The notes beneath the pieces were generated by a model. It was not told the DNA's origin. It did no database searches and saw only the letters and a list, made by a program, of their open reading frames with translations. A DNA stretch of 64,000 nucleotides, taken from positions 11,168 to 75,167 of the forward strand of contig CAOKLQ010000009.1 of NCBI GenBank assembly GCA_948469315.1, read 5' to 3'. Below, in pieces: positions 1 to 10,850 of this stretch. The stretch's first letter is position 1; every line of letters starts with the position of its first letter. The position numbers and the translations under genes were made by a program. This stretch comes from an uncultured Clostridium sp. (lineage in GTDB: Bacteria > Bacillota > Clostridia > TANB77 > CAG-508).

Positions 1-3000
1 AATCATTTAGAACTATGGAGGATATTGTATTTTTAATAAGATATAATGCAGATGGAAGTATGGCATCATGTAATCAAATAGCTAATAATAGAGGACAAAT
101 AAACAAAAAAGTAAAATTAGATATGGCTACAGATGGAAAAATAAGAACATTAAATAATCAAAGAGTACATTTTAAAATAACAGTTCCTAATGATAATGCA
201 TTTGATTTAATAATAAAAAATGAAGATACTAATTATAGTGGATTAGGAATAGAAGGTTCAAAATTTGATGTAAGTATAAATGGAGTAGCATATGATCTAG
301 AACAAACTAATCAAATAGGAGAAACTACTTTGCAAAATGTAACTCAATCTGGAGAATTAACAATAAATGTTGCCCAAAGAGAAATAGGAGAAGGTTATAA
401 ATATGATGCAAATAATAATGCTACAATAAATCTACAAAAGGGGACAGATATATATAGCTTAGATTTATTGCAAAATCAAGATGGATATATAGATGATGAA
501 AATGCACAAACTACAAAAGCTATAATAAAAGTAGATGAAGAATATGGAACCGTAACAGTAACATTTACAAACGAAACAAAAACACAATTAACAATAGTAA
601 AACAAGATATAAATACATCAAAGAGATTGCCAAATGCAGTATTTGAAGTAACTGCATGTAAAGTAGATTCTAATGGAAATGAAATAGGAGATACAAAACA
701 ATTAACAACATTAGAAAATAATACAACAAACAATGATGGTATAATACATTTTGAATTAGGAGTTGCACCTCAATCCGAAATTTGGAAATATACATTTAAA
801 GAAGTAGTACCACCAGAAGGCTATAATAAAATAGTAGATTTAACCTTAACAGTAACATATGATCAGTATGGAAGAATATCTAATTTACAATCTAATAAAG
901 TAAGTAGATTAACTCCAATAATGAAAACACAAGGATATAATTGTCATAGTATATATTCAATTATAAAAAATGGTGATGTTTCGCCAGCATATACAGTAAA
1001 AGTAGTAACAGAAGATTCACAAACAAGAAGAAGAATAAATGGATCTAAAATATATACAAATATAACAGATGATTTTACAGGAAACTTAATTACAGTTAAT
1101 CCAAGAACAGAGTCTTCTGCAAAAAATGGAACAATTTCTGAAACTAAAAATTTAGGAATAGATGGTAAAACATATACAGATAAACAAATAGAAGAATTAG
1201 CAAAAGAAGATAAAGATCCAATAATAGTAGAAAAAGGATTAACATATATAGATAATGTGGATTTTGAAGGAAATATAAATATAGAGGTTAGCCAAAGAGA
1301 AACAGCAGATGGCTATGTATTTGGAAGTCAACATACAGAAGGAAACATAAAACTTAAAGCTACATATGTACCACATTTAAATGATGATCCAACAGTAGAA
1401 TTTGAAGTAATAGATTATGATGGATTTGAGAGTCAGTTAACACTTGATAAAACAAATAGAATAATAACAATAAAAATATTAAATGAATCAAATGTAATGT
1501 TTAACATAAATACTAAAACACCAGGAGAAAAAGGTACTCCAATACAAGGTTCAAGTTATAATATTACTGCAGAAATTCAAACAGCTACAGATACAATATT
1601 AACAGATATAAATAAAACTACCTCAATGTCAGATGAAAAAGGACAAACAAAAACAAATGTAGGAAATAGCTTTGCAGGAAAAACAGTAGTATATATGTTA
1701 CATCAAAATACACCATCAGGATATCAATCAATTGATGATATAAAACTAGAAGTAAAATTCGATTCTAGTGGAAATATTAAATATATAGAACCATTATCTT
1801 CAGAAGACAATATTACAATAGATTATAGTAAAACTGAAGGTGGAAAAAATATATATTTAGAAGTATATAATAGAAGAATAATTTCAGATTATAGAATATT
1901 TGTTGAAAAACATGCACAAGACACAGACGAAGAAAATATGTATGGAAAATTACTTACAGGAGCAAAATATCATATAATAATTAATCAACAAAATAGTGGT
2001 GTGGAGATGATAGAATGGACAGCTACTACAAATAGGGATGGACTTATTGAAATACCATATATATTAGACGGAGTTGGATATATAACAATAACAATAGAAG
2101 AGTTACAAGCACCAGAAGGATATAAAGAAGATGATGTAAGAATTCTAAAATTATTTAGAAATATAAATACAGGAGAATTTGAACAAATAGATGGGGATGT
2201 AAACTTTGAATGTAATGAAGATAATACAGAAGTTTACTTAAAACCAATAGACAATCAAGAAGATAATAAATATACATTAGTAATTAATAAATATTCAACA
2301 GCAACAAAAACACGTATAAAAAATAATCAAGCACAATTTAAAGCTGAGTTGATTAAAAAAGATGATATAGGAAATATAACTTATCAAGAAGAAATAGAAA
2401 ATATCTATACAGATACATCAGGAAAAGCAGTAATGGATAACTTAACAATGCCAGAAGAACTAGGAAACTATATATTGAAAATAACAGAAGAAAAAGAACC
2501 TAAAGGATATATAAAATTAGAAAATCCAGTAGAAATTGGAATTACATTTGGAAAAGATTCGCAAAATAACACAATAATAGAATCTGTAAATGCGCAAGAA
2601 GTAGAAAATGCATCAATATCAACATTTAAAAAACAATTAATAGGTGTAAATATACAAAATGATGTAGATAGAGATTTAGAAGAAGATGAATATGCTTTAG
2701 ATATAACAAAAGTCGATAGTACAACAATGGAAGGAATCGAAAATATGGCAATATTCAAAGTTTGGTTACCAGATAAAAATGAAACAGCAGTATATGCAGA
2801 AACAAAAATAACGCAATTAGGAGCTGGAAAATTAGAGTATTGTTATATAGAACAAGATAAAGATTATAAAGTAAGACTAACACATATGAAAAAACCAACA
2901 ATAGAACAAATAAAAGAATCACCAAATCAAAAAGTAATACAAGAATATACATTCCAAGAAGTTGTAGCGCCAGATGGATATGCCTTAGATTCAAGCACAT

Positions 3001-4796
3001 TAACATTAGAAGTAGAATTTGGAATAAAAGTAAAAGAAGATGGAACACAAGAAGTAGTAATTACAAATGCAAAGACAAATGACGAAACTAAAATCCAATT
3101 AACTTCTGTTTATGAACAAGAATTAAGTGCAAATGTTTTAAATAATGAGAAGGCAAGCTCATATACTGTACATTACGAAGCAAATACAGACCAAGAAGTA
3201 AAAAATATTCCAGCAGATCAAAATAAATTAGCAGGAATACCTTTAACAATAGATGCAAATATTCCTGTAAGAGAAGGTTACACATTTGTTGAATGGAATA
3301 CTGAGCCTAATGGAAGCGGAACTACATTTAATCCAGCTGGTACATATGCACTAGATGCAGATGTAACATTATATGCAATATGGAATATAGCGCAATATAA
3401 AGTACATTATGAACAAAATGCGCCAATAGATCCAAATACAGGAGTTGCAATAGGATTAGTTACAAATATACCAGAAGATCAAGTAAAAGCACATAATATA
3501 GAATTAATACTTGATGATGATCAAAAAACACCAATAATATCAAATGTAGCAAACTACTATGAATTTGCTGGATGGAATACAAAAGAAGATGGAACTGGTA
3601 CACAATATGACGAAAAATCAGTATATAATATAAATGAAGATTTAAATTTATATGCACAGTGGAACTATATAATACATTATAATGCAAATGTACCAACAGA
3701 TAGTAATGGATTCCCATTAACAACACCAGCAAACAATATTCCAACAGATCAAAGCCAAAGTGTAAATAGTACCCAAGATGTAGTAATAGATGACTTAGAT
3801 GTATATAAAAATCCACCAACAATGGAAGGATATATCTTCAAACAATGGAATACATTACCTGATGGTACAGGAGATACATATAATCCAAATGATACATATA
3901 AACAAAGAAAAGGAATAGATTTATATGCAATATGGCAATATGAAATAATTTATAGTAAAAATACACCTGTAGATGAAAATGGATTTGCACAAAATGTTAC
4001 AATAAACAATATGCCATCAAGTCCACAAATAGAAAATGTAAATACTAAAGCTAAAATAACAAATAATATTCCAGAAATGGAACCAAATAATTATGTATTT
4101 AAACAATGGAATACTATGCCAGATGGTACAGGTAATAGCTATAATGCAGATGATGAATATAGTGGAAATATAAGTATTACATTATATGCAATATGGGATA
4201 TAAGCAATGGATTATATTTAAAGATACCAGAACATTCACAATATGAAATTGGAGAAAATAATACAAAAGAATATAAAGATGGCGATAAATATATATCTAA
4301 TATAATTCCTGAATTTAACTTAAATAGAAATGGAACACAAAAACAAACAGGAACAACAGTAGAGGAATTCTTTAATAATATAGATACTAATGCATCTAAT
4401 AAAATTATAAAAGATAAAGATGGAAATATATTAGAAAATGATGATTTAGTAGGAACAGGAGCTATATTATCATTAACTAAAAATAATGAAAATATAGAAA
4501 TTGCTTTATCTATAATTGGGGACTTAAATGGAAATGGACAAATTGATATAAATGATCAATCAGAATTATTAGTAGCATATAAGAAAAGATCAGCAGCTAA
4601 ACAGTACTTTATGGATAAATATCCATCAAGTGAATTAAATATTAATGGAGAATTATTATATAAATCTTCAGATTTAAATGATAATAAAATAGGAACAGAT
4701 ATAAATGACCTTTCTGTTATGCAATTAATTAGAGGATATAAATTTGAAGAAAGTACTGGAATTACAGGATTAAAATTATGGAAAGGAGGTAATTAG
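1..4796 (+). CDS. Large secreted surface repeat protein, 5'-partial: SpaA/Cna-B-type fold repeats, five Listeria-Bacteroides (Flg_new) repeats, C-terminal X-module + dockerin
   Basis: ORF 15..4796 has no stop back to nt 3 and no signal peptide, so it continues upstream of the window. It has repeats ending in PxGY (YTFKEVVPPEGYNK, IEELQAPEGYKE). At ~3160-4200 there are five units of the type YTVHYEAN...REGYTFVEWNTEPNGSGT...VTLYAIWN. The C-terminus IIGDLNGNGQIDINDQSELL ... SDLNDNKIGTDINDLSVMQLI is a duplicated dockerin-type Ca-loop. Confidence 0.8.
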   Translation, partial: SFRTMEDIVFLIRYNADGSMASCNQIANNRGQINKKVKLDMATDGKIRTLNNQRVHFKITVPNDNAFDLIIKNEDTNYSGLGIEGSKFDVSINGVAYDLEQTNQIGETTLQNVTQSGELTINVAQREIGEGYKYDANNNATINLQKGTDIYSLDLLQNQDGYIDDENAQTTKAIIKVDEEYGTVTVTFTNETKTQLTIVKQDINTSKRLPNAVFEVTACKVDSNGNEIGDTKQLTTLENNTTNNDGIIHFELGVAPQSEIWKYTFKEVVPPEGYNKIVDLTLTVTYDQYGRISNLQSNKVSRLTPIMKTQGYNCHSIYSIIKNGDVSPAYTVKVVTEDSQTRRRINGSKIYTNITDDFTGNLITVNPRTESSAKNGTISETKNLGIDGKTYTDKQIEELAKEDKDPIIVEKGLTYIDNVDFEGNINIEVSQRETADGYVFGSQHTEGNIKLKATYVPHLNDDPTVEFEVIDYDGFESQLTLDKTNRIITIKILNESNVMFNINTKTPGEKGTPIQGSSYNITAEIQTATDTILTDINKTTSMSDEKGQTKTNVGNSFAGKTVVYMLHQNTPSGYQSIDDIKLEVKFDSSGNIKYIEPLSSEDNITIDYSKTEGGKNIYLEVYNRRIISDYRIFVEKHAQDTDEENMYGKLLTGAKYHIIINQQNSGVEMIEWTATTNRDGLIEIPYILDGVGYITITIEELQAPEGYKEDDVRILKLFRNINTGEFEQIDGDVNFECNEDNTEVYLKPIDNQEDNKYTLVINKYSTATKTRIKNNQAQFKAELIKKDDIGNITYQEEIENIYTDTSGKAVMDNLTMPEELGNYILKITEEKEPKGYIKLENPVEIGITFGKDSQNNTIIESVNAQEVENASISTFKKQLIGVNIQNDVDRDLEEDEYALDITKVDSTTMEGIENMAIFKVWLPDKNETAVYAETKITQLGAGKLEYCYIEQDKDYKVRLTHMKKPTIEQIKESPNQKVIQEYTFQEVVAPDGYALDSSTLTLEVEFGIKVKEDGTQEVVITNAKTNDETKIQLTSVYEQELSANVLNNEKASSYTVHYEANTDQEVKNIPADQNKLAGIPLTIDANIPVREGYTFVEWNTEPNGSGTTFNPAGTYALDADVTLYAIWNIAQYKVHYEQNAPIDPNTGVAIGLVTNIPEDQVKAHNIELILDDDQKTPIISNVANYYEFAGWNTKEDGTGTQYDEKSVYNINEDLNLYAQWNYIIHYNANVPTDSNGFPLTTPANNIPTDQSQSVNSTQDVVIDDLDVYKNPPTMEGYIFKQWNTLPDGTGDTYNPNDTYKQRKGIDLYAIWQYEIIYSKNTPVDENGFAQNVTINNMPSSPQIENVNTKAKITNNIPEMEPNNYVFKQWNTMPDGTGNSYNADDEYSGNISITLYAIWDISNGLYLKIPEHSQYEIGENNTKEYKDGDKYISNIIPEFNLNRNGTQKQTGTTVEEFFNNIDTNASNKIIKDKDGNILENDDLVGTGAILSLTKNNENIEIALSIIGDLNGNGQIDINDQSELLVAYKKRSAAKQYFMDKYPSSELNINGELLYKSSDLNDNKIGTDINDLSVMQLIRGYKFEESTGITGLKLWKGGN

Positions 4797-4798
4797 TA

Positions 4799-5779
4799 AT
4801 GAAAAGTAAAAAATTATTAATAATATTAATAGTATGTATTATAATTATAATAACATCTGTAACAAAGATATATTATGCAAATTCAGAAAATACCATAGAA
4901 TTAGCTATATTGACAGAGGAAAGACAATATAAAAAAGGAGATATAATAACAATAAACATGCAAATTACCTCTATACCTAATTCTAAACAAATAAATGTAT
5001 TGGGATTTATGATAGATATGGACAATGAATTTTTAGAAATAAATTCTATATATGATGAAGATGAAGGTAGCAATGTATTAGATATGAAAGCCCTAAGAGA
5101 ATGGTCATTATCATATGATGAGGAAAGCAAATGTATATTATTAACAAGACAAGATTTATATTCTAACATAAATGAGAATATATTTAGAATAAATTTAAAG
5201 GTAAAGAAGGACTTTGATAAAAAAGATATTAAAATTACAGATATAGAATCTGCAGGAGGAGCAACACAAGAAAATACATTCTATTCAAATGATATAAGTT
5301 TACCAATACAAGGAATGGGACAGCAAACAACAGATAAATTATATTTATCAACTTCAGAATATAAAATAGGTGAAACTAATACTCAAAATTATGAAGATGG
5401 AGACGAATATCTATACAAAGTATCTCCAAATACAACAATAGAAGAATTCAAAGATGATACTAACTTAAAAACAAATGGTAATATAAGCGTATATAACGCA
5501 AATGGAGAAGAACAGACCAATTTAAATGAGTTAGTAAAAACAGGAATGAAGATAAAAGTTGCAAAAGAAGGATATGAAGATATTGAATTAATAATATCTG
5601 TAATAGGAGATATAGATGGAGATGGAATTGTAACAGCATCAGACTTAGCAGATACAATAAAAGCAGTATTATCAAATTTTAATCTAAAAGAAGAACAATT
5701 CAAAGCAATAGATATGGATGAAGATAAATCAATTACAGCAGCAGATTTAGCAGATGAGATTAAATTATCATTAATGTAA
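4799..5779 (+). CDS. Secreted cohesin-like module + X-module + dockerin protein (adaptor-type)
   Basis: The N-terminus MKSKKLLIILIVCIIIIITS is a signal peptide or anchor. A ~130-aa segment (KKGDIITINMQITSIPNSKQINVLGFMIDMDNEFLEI...IFRINLKVKK...ITDIESAGG) has a cohesin-like pattern. The C-terminus is VIGDIDGDGIVTASDLADTI...AIDMDEDKSITAADLADEIKLSL (dockerin). The start lies 3 nt after the upstream stop, with AGGAGG just before it. Confidence 0.7.
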   Translation: MKSKKLLIILIVCIIIIITSVTKIYYANSENTIELAILTEERQYKKGDIITINMQITSIPNSKQINVLGFMIDMDNEFLEINSIYDEDEGSNVLDMKALREWSLSYDEESKCILLTRQDLYSNINENIFRINLKVKKDFDKKDIKITDIESAGGATQENTFYSNDISLPIQGMGQQTTDKLYLSTSEYKIGETNTQNYEDGDEYLYKVSPNTTIEEFKDDTNLKTNGNISVYNANGEEQTNLNELVKTGMKIKVAKEGYEDIELIISVIGDIDGDGIVTASDLADTIKAVLSNFNLKEEQFKAIDMDEDKSITAADLADEIKLSLM

Positions 5780-6052
5780 ATAAAAATAAGGAGGAGTTAT
5801 AAAATTCCTCCTTACAATATTAACATAAATACAAGATTGACAACCAAATAACTATTATTACAAAATATTACTAAAATGTAATATAAATAAAATAATACAA
5901 AAGTCTTAATTTTTATAAACCTATTTCCGTAAATAATTAAAATGATTTAAAAGTAAAAAATAGTATAATATTACAAAAACTGCCATTGATTTTTGTAAAA
6001 AAACTCGTTATAGTAAAGTTAGTGTAAAATGAGTTTTTAAGGAGGAAAAAAT

Positions 6053-9000
6053 ATGAACAAAGGAGAAACAAAAAGCACTTTAATTTTAAAAAGAATATTG
6101 AGCTTATTAATAACTAATATAATGTTAGTATCATTATTTGCCCCATATTCAGTAGTATTTGCTACAGAAGGTGAAGATACACAAACAACACCGAAAGTTA
6201 TAATGGAATTAACTACTACTTCAACAACAGTAACTCAAAATGATCTTATAGAAGTTAAGTTAAAACTAACATCTGTTCCAAGTGGGTTAAATGTAATAAA
6301 TTTTGATATTGAATATGATAAAGATGTATTACAAGTTTATTATAGTGAAGAAGATGGAAATTATATATATAGTGGAAAGCAACAATGGCAAGCTGACTAT
6401 ATAGATGACTATGTAACATTAAATAGAGGAGAACTTTTTGGAGAAGCAGAAGAAGAGTTAAATAAAGTAATTTTTACAATTACATTTAAGGCTTTAAAAA
6501 ATGCAGAAACAACACAAGTTTCAATAGCTAATGTAGAAACTGCTGGAGGACCTGTTTTAAATTATCCAGGAGAAGCTATGCCTTTGATAATAGGAAATGT
6601 GCCAGAAGTGCCACAGACTCATATAGTTACATATAATTATATAGCAAATGGAGGAGAAAGCGTAACAATAAATGATATTGCGCAGACAACAAATAACACA
6701 TTAGAAGTATCAGAAAATAGTCAAATAGATTTAACACCAGTAGCTAATAAAGAAGGGTATACTTTTATAGGATGGAATACTGACAAAGATGCAACAGTTG
6801 GATTAACAGCTGAAGAAGCAATAATGGGAACATCTGATGTAGAATTATTTGCAATATTTAGTAAAACAGTTATAGCAACATCTCATTATTATGATAACAT
6901 AGGAGTAGAGCAAACAATATTAGTAAATGGTGTAATGTATAATAATGATACAGATGTAGAAATAATATTGCCTACACTTACACAAGATTATACAGATACA
7001 AATGGAAAAACATGGACAAAAAAAGGATGGACTACTGAGACTACAGCAAATGTAAAAAATATACTAACAGAAAATGCATCAGTAACAATAACTGCAGATG
7101 CAGATTACTATATGGTATATGAAAGAAATTTGAATATAACATATGATACAAATGGAGGAACAATTGCGCCTACAGCACCAATAGGACTAAAAGCAACAGT
7201 AAATACAAGTGATATAACAAATATTGAAGGAAGCAAATTAACAATAACAAATACAACACCAGTAAAAGCTGGATATGAATTTGAAAATGCATGGACAACA
7301 AATAGTGACGGAACAGGAACATCATATACAACAGGAGAAGAATATACATTTACAGATGATTGCACTTTATATGCAAAATGGAATGCAAACACATATACAA
7401 TAAAATACAATGGAAACGAAAACGATAGTGAAAATTCTATAATGCCAGATACAACATATGTATATGAAAGTAACGAAAGTACAGGAGTAAATCTTAGTGC
7501 AAATATATATACAAAAGCAGGATATAGATTTGAAGGATGGGCAACAACCCCTGATGCAACTAATCCAGAATATGAAGACGAAAATTTAATGTTAAATGAA
7601 GACATAATAGAGAAATCAAATAATGATAAAGAAATAATATTATATGCAATATGGGGAGAAGTAACATATAATATAACATATGTATCAGATCCAGAAGGAT
7701 TAACATTACCAACTACTAATCCAACTACATATGAATCAAGTAATGGAATAATAACATTAGCAAATCCAGAAGTAGCAGGATATACATTTATAGGATGGAC
7801 AGATAATAAAACTGTAACAATACCTGTAACAACATATGAAATAAATACACTAACAGATGATATAGAAATAACAGCGCATTTTGAAGCAAAAGAATATACA
7901 ATATCATATAATGGAAATGGAAATACTAGCCAAGAGACAAGTATGGAAGATGATAAATACATATTTGCAACAGAGGGATTAACACTAAAATCAAACACAT
8001 ATACAAAAGAAGGATACGAATTTAAAGGATGGGCAACAACACCTGATGCATCTGAAGCAGAATATGAAGATGAACAAACAATACAAGATAACGATATACT
8101 AGAAAAAGAAATAGAAGGAACAATAACATTATATGCAGTATGGGGAGCAAGTTCAAACACACCATACACAGTAGAACACTACAGACAAAATACAGATGGA
8201 ACATATCCTACTATTCCAAATGAAACGGAATCTTTAACAGGAATAACAGATACACAAGCTACAGCTAAACCAAAAACGACAGCCGAATATATAGGATATG
8301 TAGTAGATGAAGATCGTACAAGTACACAAAACACAGGAACAATAACAGCAGATGGAAACTTAGTATTAAAGATATATTATAAAACGGCTGAATATACAGT
8401 AACATTTGATGTAAATGGAGCAGATCCTCTAGCAAACAATACAAAAGTTGTAAAATATGGACAAGCATATGGGAATATGCCAACACCAACATGGGATGGA
8501 CATACATTTTTAGGATGGTTTGATAGCCAAACAGATGGAACAAAAATAGAAGATACAACTATAGTTACGCAAACAAAAGATCATATACTATATGCTAATT
8601 GGGACATAAAAACATATACAGTAGAATTTATAGGAAAAATAAATGACGGTTCACCAGAAGGAATAGATAGTGTAATAAAATCAGTACAAGTATCTTATGG
8701 AGATAACATTATACCAGCACAATTAGGAATTGATTTAGAAGCACTAAAGCAAGCAGTAGTTACACCAAAATATACTTATACAGTAAATACACAAAATCCA
8801 TTTAATGGAGATTTAACTACACCAGTAACAGATAACAGACAAATAAATATAAATTACAATACACCTACAATAAACAAATATACGGTAACATTTTATAATG
8901 AAGGAGCAGATCCTCAAGTAGATACACCATTAGGAACAGATATAGTAGATTACGGAAGTACTGCAAGTGATGCACGTATAAATCCTGTAAAACAAGAAGA

Positions 9001-10792
9001 TAATACATACACATATCAATTTGCAAGATGGGTTGATATTAATAACAATATAGATGATTTAAGTAATGTAATAGATTCAAGAGATGTATATGCAACATAT
9101 ACACCTGTATACAAAAATTACGAAGTAACATTTTTAGATGAAGATGGAATAACTAAAATAAGCGAAAAGTTAGATTATCATTATAATGACATACTTACAG
9201 TACCAGCAAATCCAACAAAACCACAAACAGCTGAATATAGCTATGAATTTGAAGGATGGATCCAAAGTACAGATCCAGAAGAGACAATAGTAGATTTAAA
9301 TAACATGAGAGTTACACAAAACAGAACATATAAAGCAAAATATAGACAAGTAAAAAGACAATATACAGTAACATTTTTAGATGAAGATAAATTAGCTGTG
9401 TTAGGAACAAGTACAGTAGATTATGGAACATCTGCAACAGCTCCAGAAGTTCATGATAAGCAAGATGGAGTTGGATATAACTATGTATTTGACAAATGGG
9501 TAATAGACTTAGATGCAAGTCCACAAGTAGAAGCTGATTTAAGCAATGTAATAGAAAACGCAAATGTATATGCAACATATACAAAAACTCCAATTTCATA
9601 TAAAATAAAATATGAAGGAACAATGGATGCTGCAAACCCAAATAAAGTATCATATACGGTAGAAGATGAAGACTTTACACTATTACCATTAGGACAAAAA
9701 GTAGGAATGGAATTTAAAGGTTGGTATACAGATACAACATATACTACACAAATAACAAGTATAGAAATTTCAAAAATGGATAAAACTAATCTAAATGATG
9801 TGACAGTATATGCAAAATGGGAAATACAAGGATTAATGTATTTTGTAAAAGAATCAGCAAGTGATGACAATGCTACACTTGAAGACAATAGAATATATGA
9901 TAACTTCGATAATGCAAAAGAATATGTAGATACATTATTTAATGAAGGAGAAGGAATAGCTTTAGGAATATATGATTTAAATAATGATTTAGTATATTTT
10001 CCAGAAGTAAAGACAAAACTATACTATGTAAAAGAAAATGAAACAATAGAAAATGAAACATTAAGTGCAGATAGAATATATGACGATTTTGATTTAGCTA
10101 AACAATATGTAGATAATTTATTTGAAGAAGGAACAATAATAAGAATATATGATCAAAACAATAAACTAATATATGAACCAAAACAAGAAACTCCAAAAGT
10201 ACAATATTTTGTTAAAGTAAACAAAGAAGATGAGAATACTGATGACAATACATTCGATAATTTTAGTGATGCAAAAATATTTGCAGACGAAAATGTAGAA
10301 AACAAAGTAAAAGTATATGATATAAATGGAGAGATAGTATATGAACCACAAGAAAAATTATATTTAAGAACACAAACTTATAAAATAGGTGAAAATAAAC
10401 TTGACGAATATGAAGAAAATGATTTATACTTATACAGAGTAAATGCAAATACATCATTTGCAGAATTTAAAACTAGTCCAAATTGTATAACAAATGGAAA
10501 TATAACAGTATACAAACAAGATGGAAGTATACTTAAAGACAATGAAATAGTAGGAACAGGAATGACTCTAAAAGACGAGTTAAATGGACAAATAATAACA
10601 CTAACAATATCAGTAATTGGAGATACAGATGGAGATGGAATAGTAACAGCAGCAGATTTGGCAGATACAGTACAAAAAACAATAGACAACATAAACTTAA
10701 ATATGTTGCAATTTAAAGCAATAGACATGGATGAAGATAATCAAATAACAGCAGCAGATTTAGCAGATGAAATTAAATTATCATTAATATAA
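6053..10792 (+). CDS. Very large secreted protein: N-terminal cohesin-like module, ~14 Listeria-Bacteroides (Flg_new) repeats, three novel ~55-aa repeats, X-module + dockerin
   Basis: RBS AAGGAGG precedes the start, and the N-terminus has a signal peptide (LLITNIMLVSLFAPYSVVFA). The cohesin-like segment reads VTQNDLIEVKLKLTSVPSGLNVINFDIEYDKDVLQV...VIFTITFKALK...IANVETAGG. Units of the type Y.I.YNGN...K.GY.F.GW.T....LYA.W recur. The C-terminus is VIGDTDGDGIVTAADLADTV...AIDMDEDNQITAADLADEIKLSLI. Confidence 0.8.
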   Translation: MNKGETKSTLILKRILSLLITNIMLVSLFAPYSVVFATEGEDTQTTPKVIMELTTTSTTVTQNDLIEVKLKLTSVPSGLNVINFDIEYDKDVLQVYYSEEDGNYIYSGKQQWQADYIDDYVTLNRGELFGEAEEELNKVIFTITFKALKNAETTQVSIANVETAGGPVLNYPGEAMPLIIGNVPEVPQTHIVTYNYIANGGESVTINDIAQTTNNTLEVSENSQIDLTPVANKEGYTFIGWNTDKDATVGLTAEEAIMGTSDVELFAIFSKTVIATSHYYDNIGVEQTILVNGVMYNNDTDVEIILPTLTQDYTDTNGKTWTKKGWTTETTANVKNILTENASVTITADADYYMVYERNLNITYDTNGGTIAPTAPIGLKATVNTSDITNIEGSKLTITNTTPVKAGYEFENAWTTNSDGTGTSYTTGEEYTFTDDCTLYAKWNANTYTIKYNGNENDSENSIMPDTTYVYESNESTGVNLSANIYTKAGYRFEGWATTPDATNPEYEDENLMLNEDIIEKSNNDKEIILYAIWGEVTYNITYVSDPEGLTLPTTNPTTYESSNGIITLANPEVAGYTFIGWTDNKTVTIPVTTYEINTLTDDIEITAHFEAKEYTISYNGNGNTSQETSMEDDKYIFATEGLTLKSNTYTKEGYEFKGWATTPDASEAEYEDEQTIQDNDILEKEIEGTITLYAVWGASSNTPYTVEHYRQNTDGTYPTIPNETESLTGITDTQATAKPKTTAEYIGYVVDEDRTSTQNTGTITADGNLVLKIYYKTAEYTVTFDVNGADPLANNTKVVKYGQAYGNMPTPTWDGHTFLGWFDSQTDGTKIEDTTIVTQTKDHILYANWDIKTYTVEFIGKINDGSPEGIDSVIKSVQVSYGDNIIPAQLGIDLEALKQAVVTPKYTYTVNTQNPFNGDLTTPVTDNRQININYNTPTINKYTVTFYNEGADPQVDTPLGTDIVDYGSTASDARINPVKQEDNTYTYQFARWVDINNNIDDLSNVIDSRDVYATYTPVYKNYEVTFLDEDGITKISEKLDYHYNDILTVPANPTKPQTAEYSYEFEGWIQSTDPEETIVDLNNMRVTQNRTYKAKYRQVKRQYTVTFLDEDKLAVLGTSTVDYGTSATAPEVHDKQDGVGYNYVFDKWVIDLDASPQVEADLSNVIENANVYATYTKTPISYKIKYEGTMDAANPNKVSYTVEDEDFTLLPLGQKVGMEFKGWYTDTTYTTQITSIEISKMDKTNLNDVTVYAKWEIQGLMYFVKESASDDNATLEDNRIYDNFDNAKEYVDTLFNEGEGIALGIYDLNNDLVYFPEVKTKLYYVKENETIENETLSADRIYDDFDLAKQYVDNLFEEGTIIRIYDQNNKLIYEPKQETPKVQYFVKVNKEDENTDDNTFDNFSDAKIFADENVENKVKVYDINGEIVYEPQEKLYLRTQTYKIGENKLDEYEENDLYLYRVNANTSFAEFKTSPNCITNGNITVYKQDGSILKDNEIVGTGMTLKDELNGQIITLTISVIGDTDGDGIVTAADLADTVQKTIDNINLNMLQFKAIDMDEDNQITAADLADEIKLSLI

Positions 10793-10850
10793 ATTAGTTA
10801 TTAATATTTAAATAAAAATATAAAAACAAAAGAAAGGAAGGAAAAGACAC

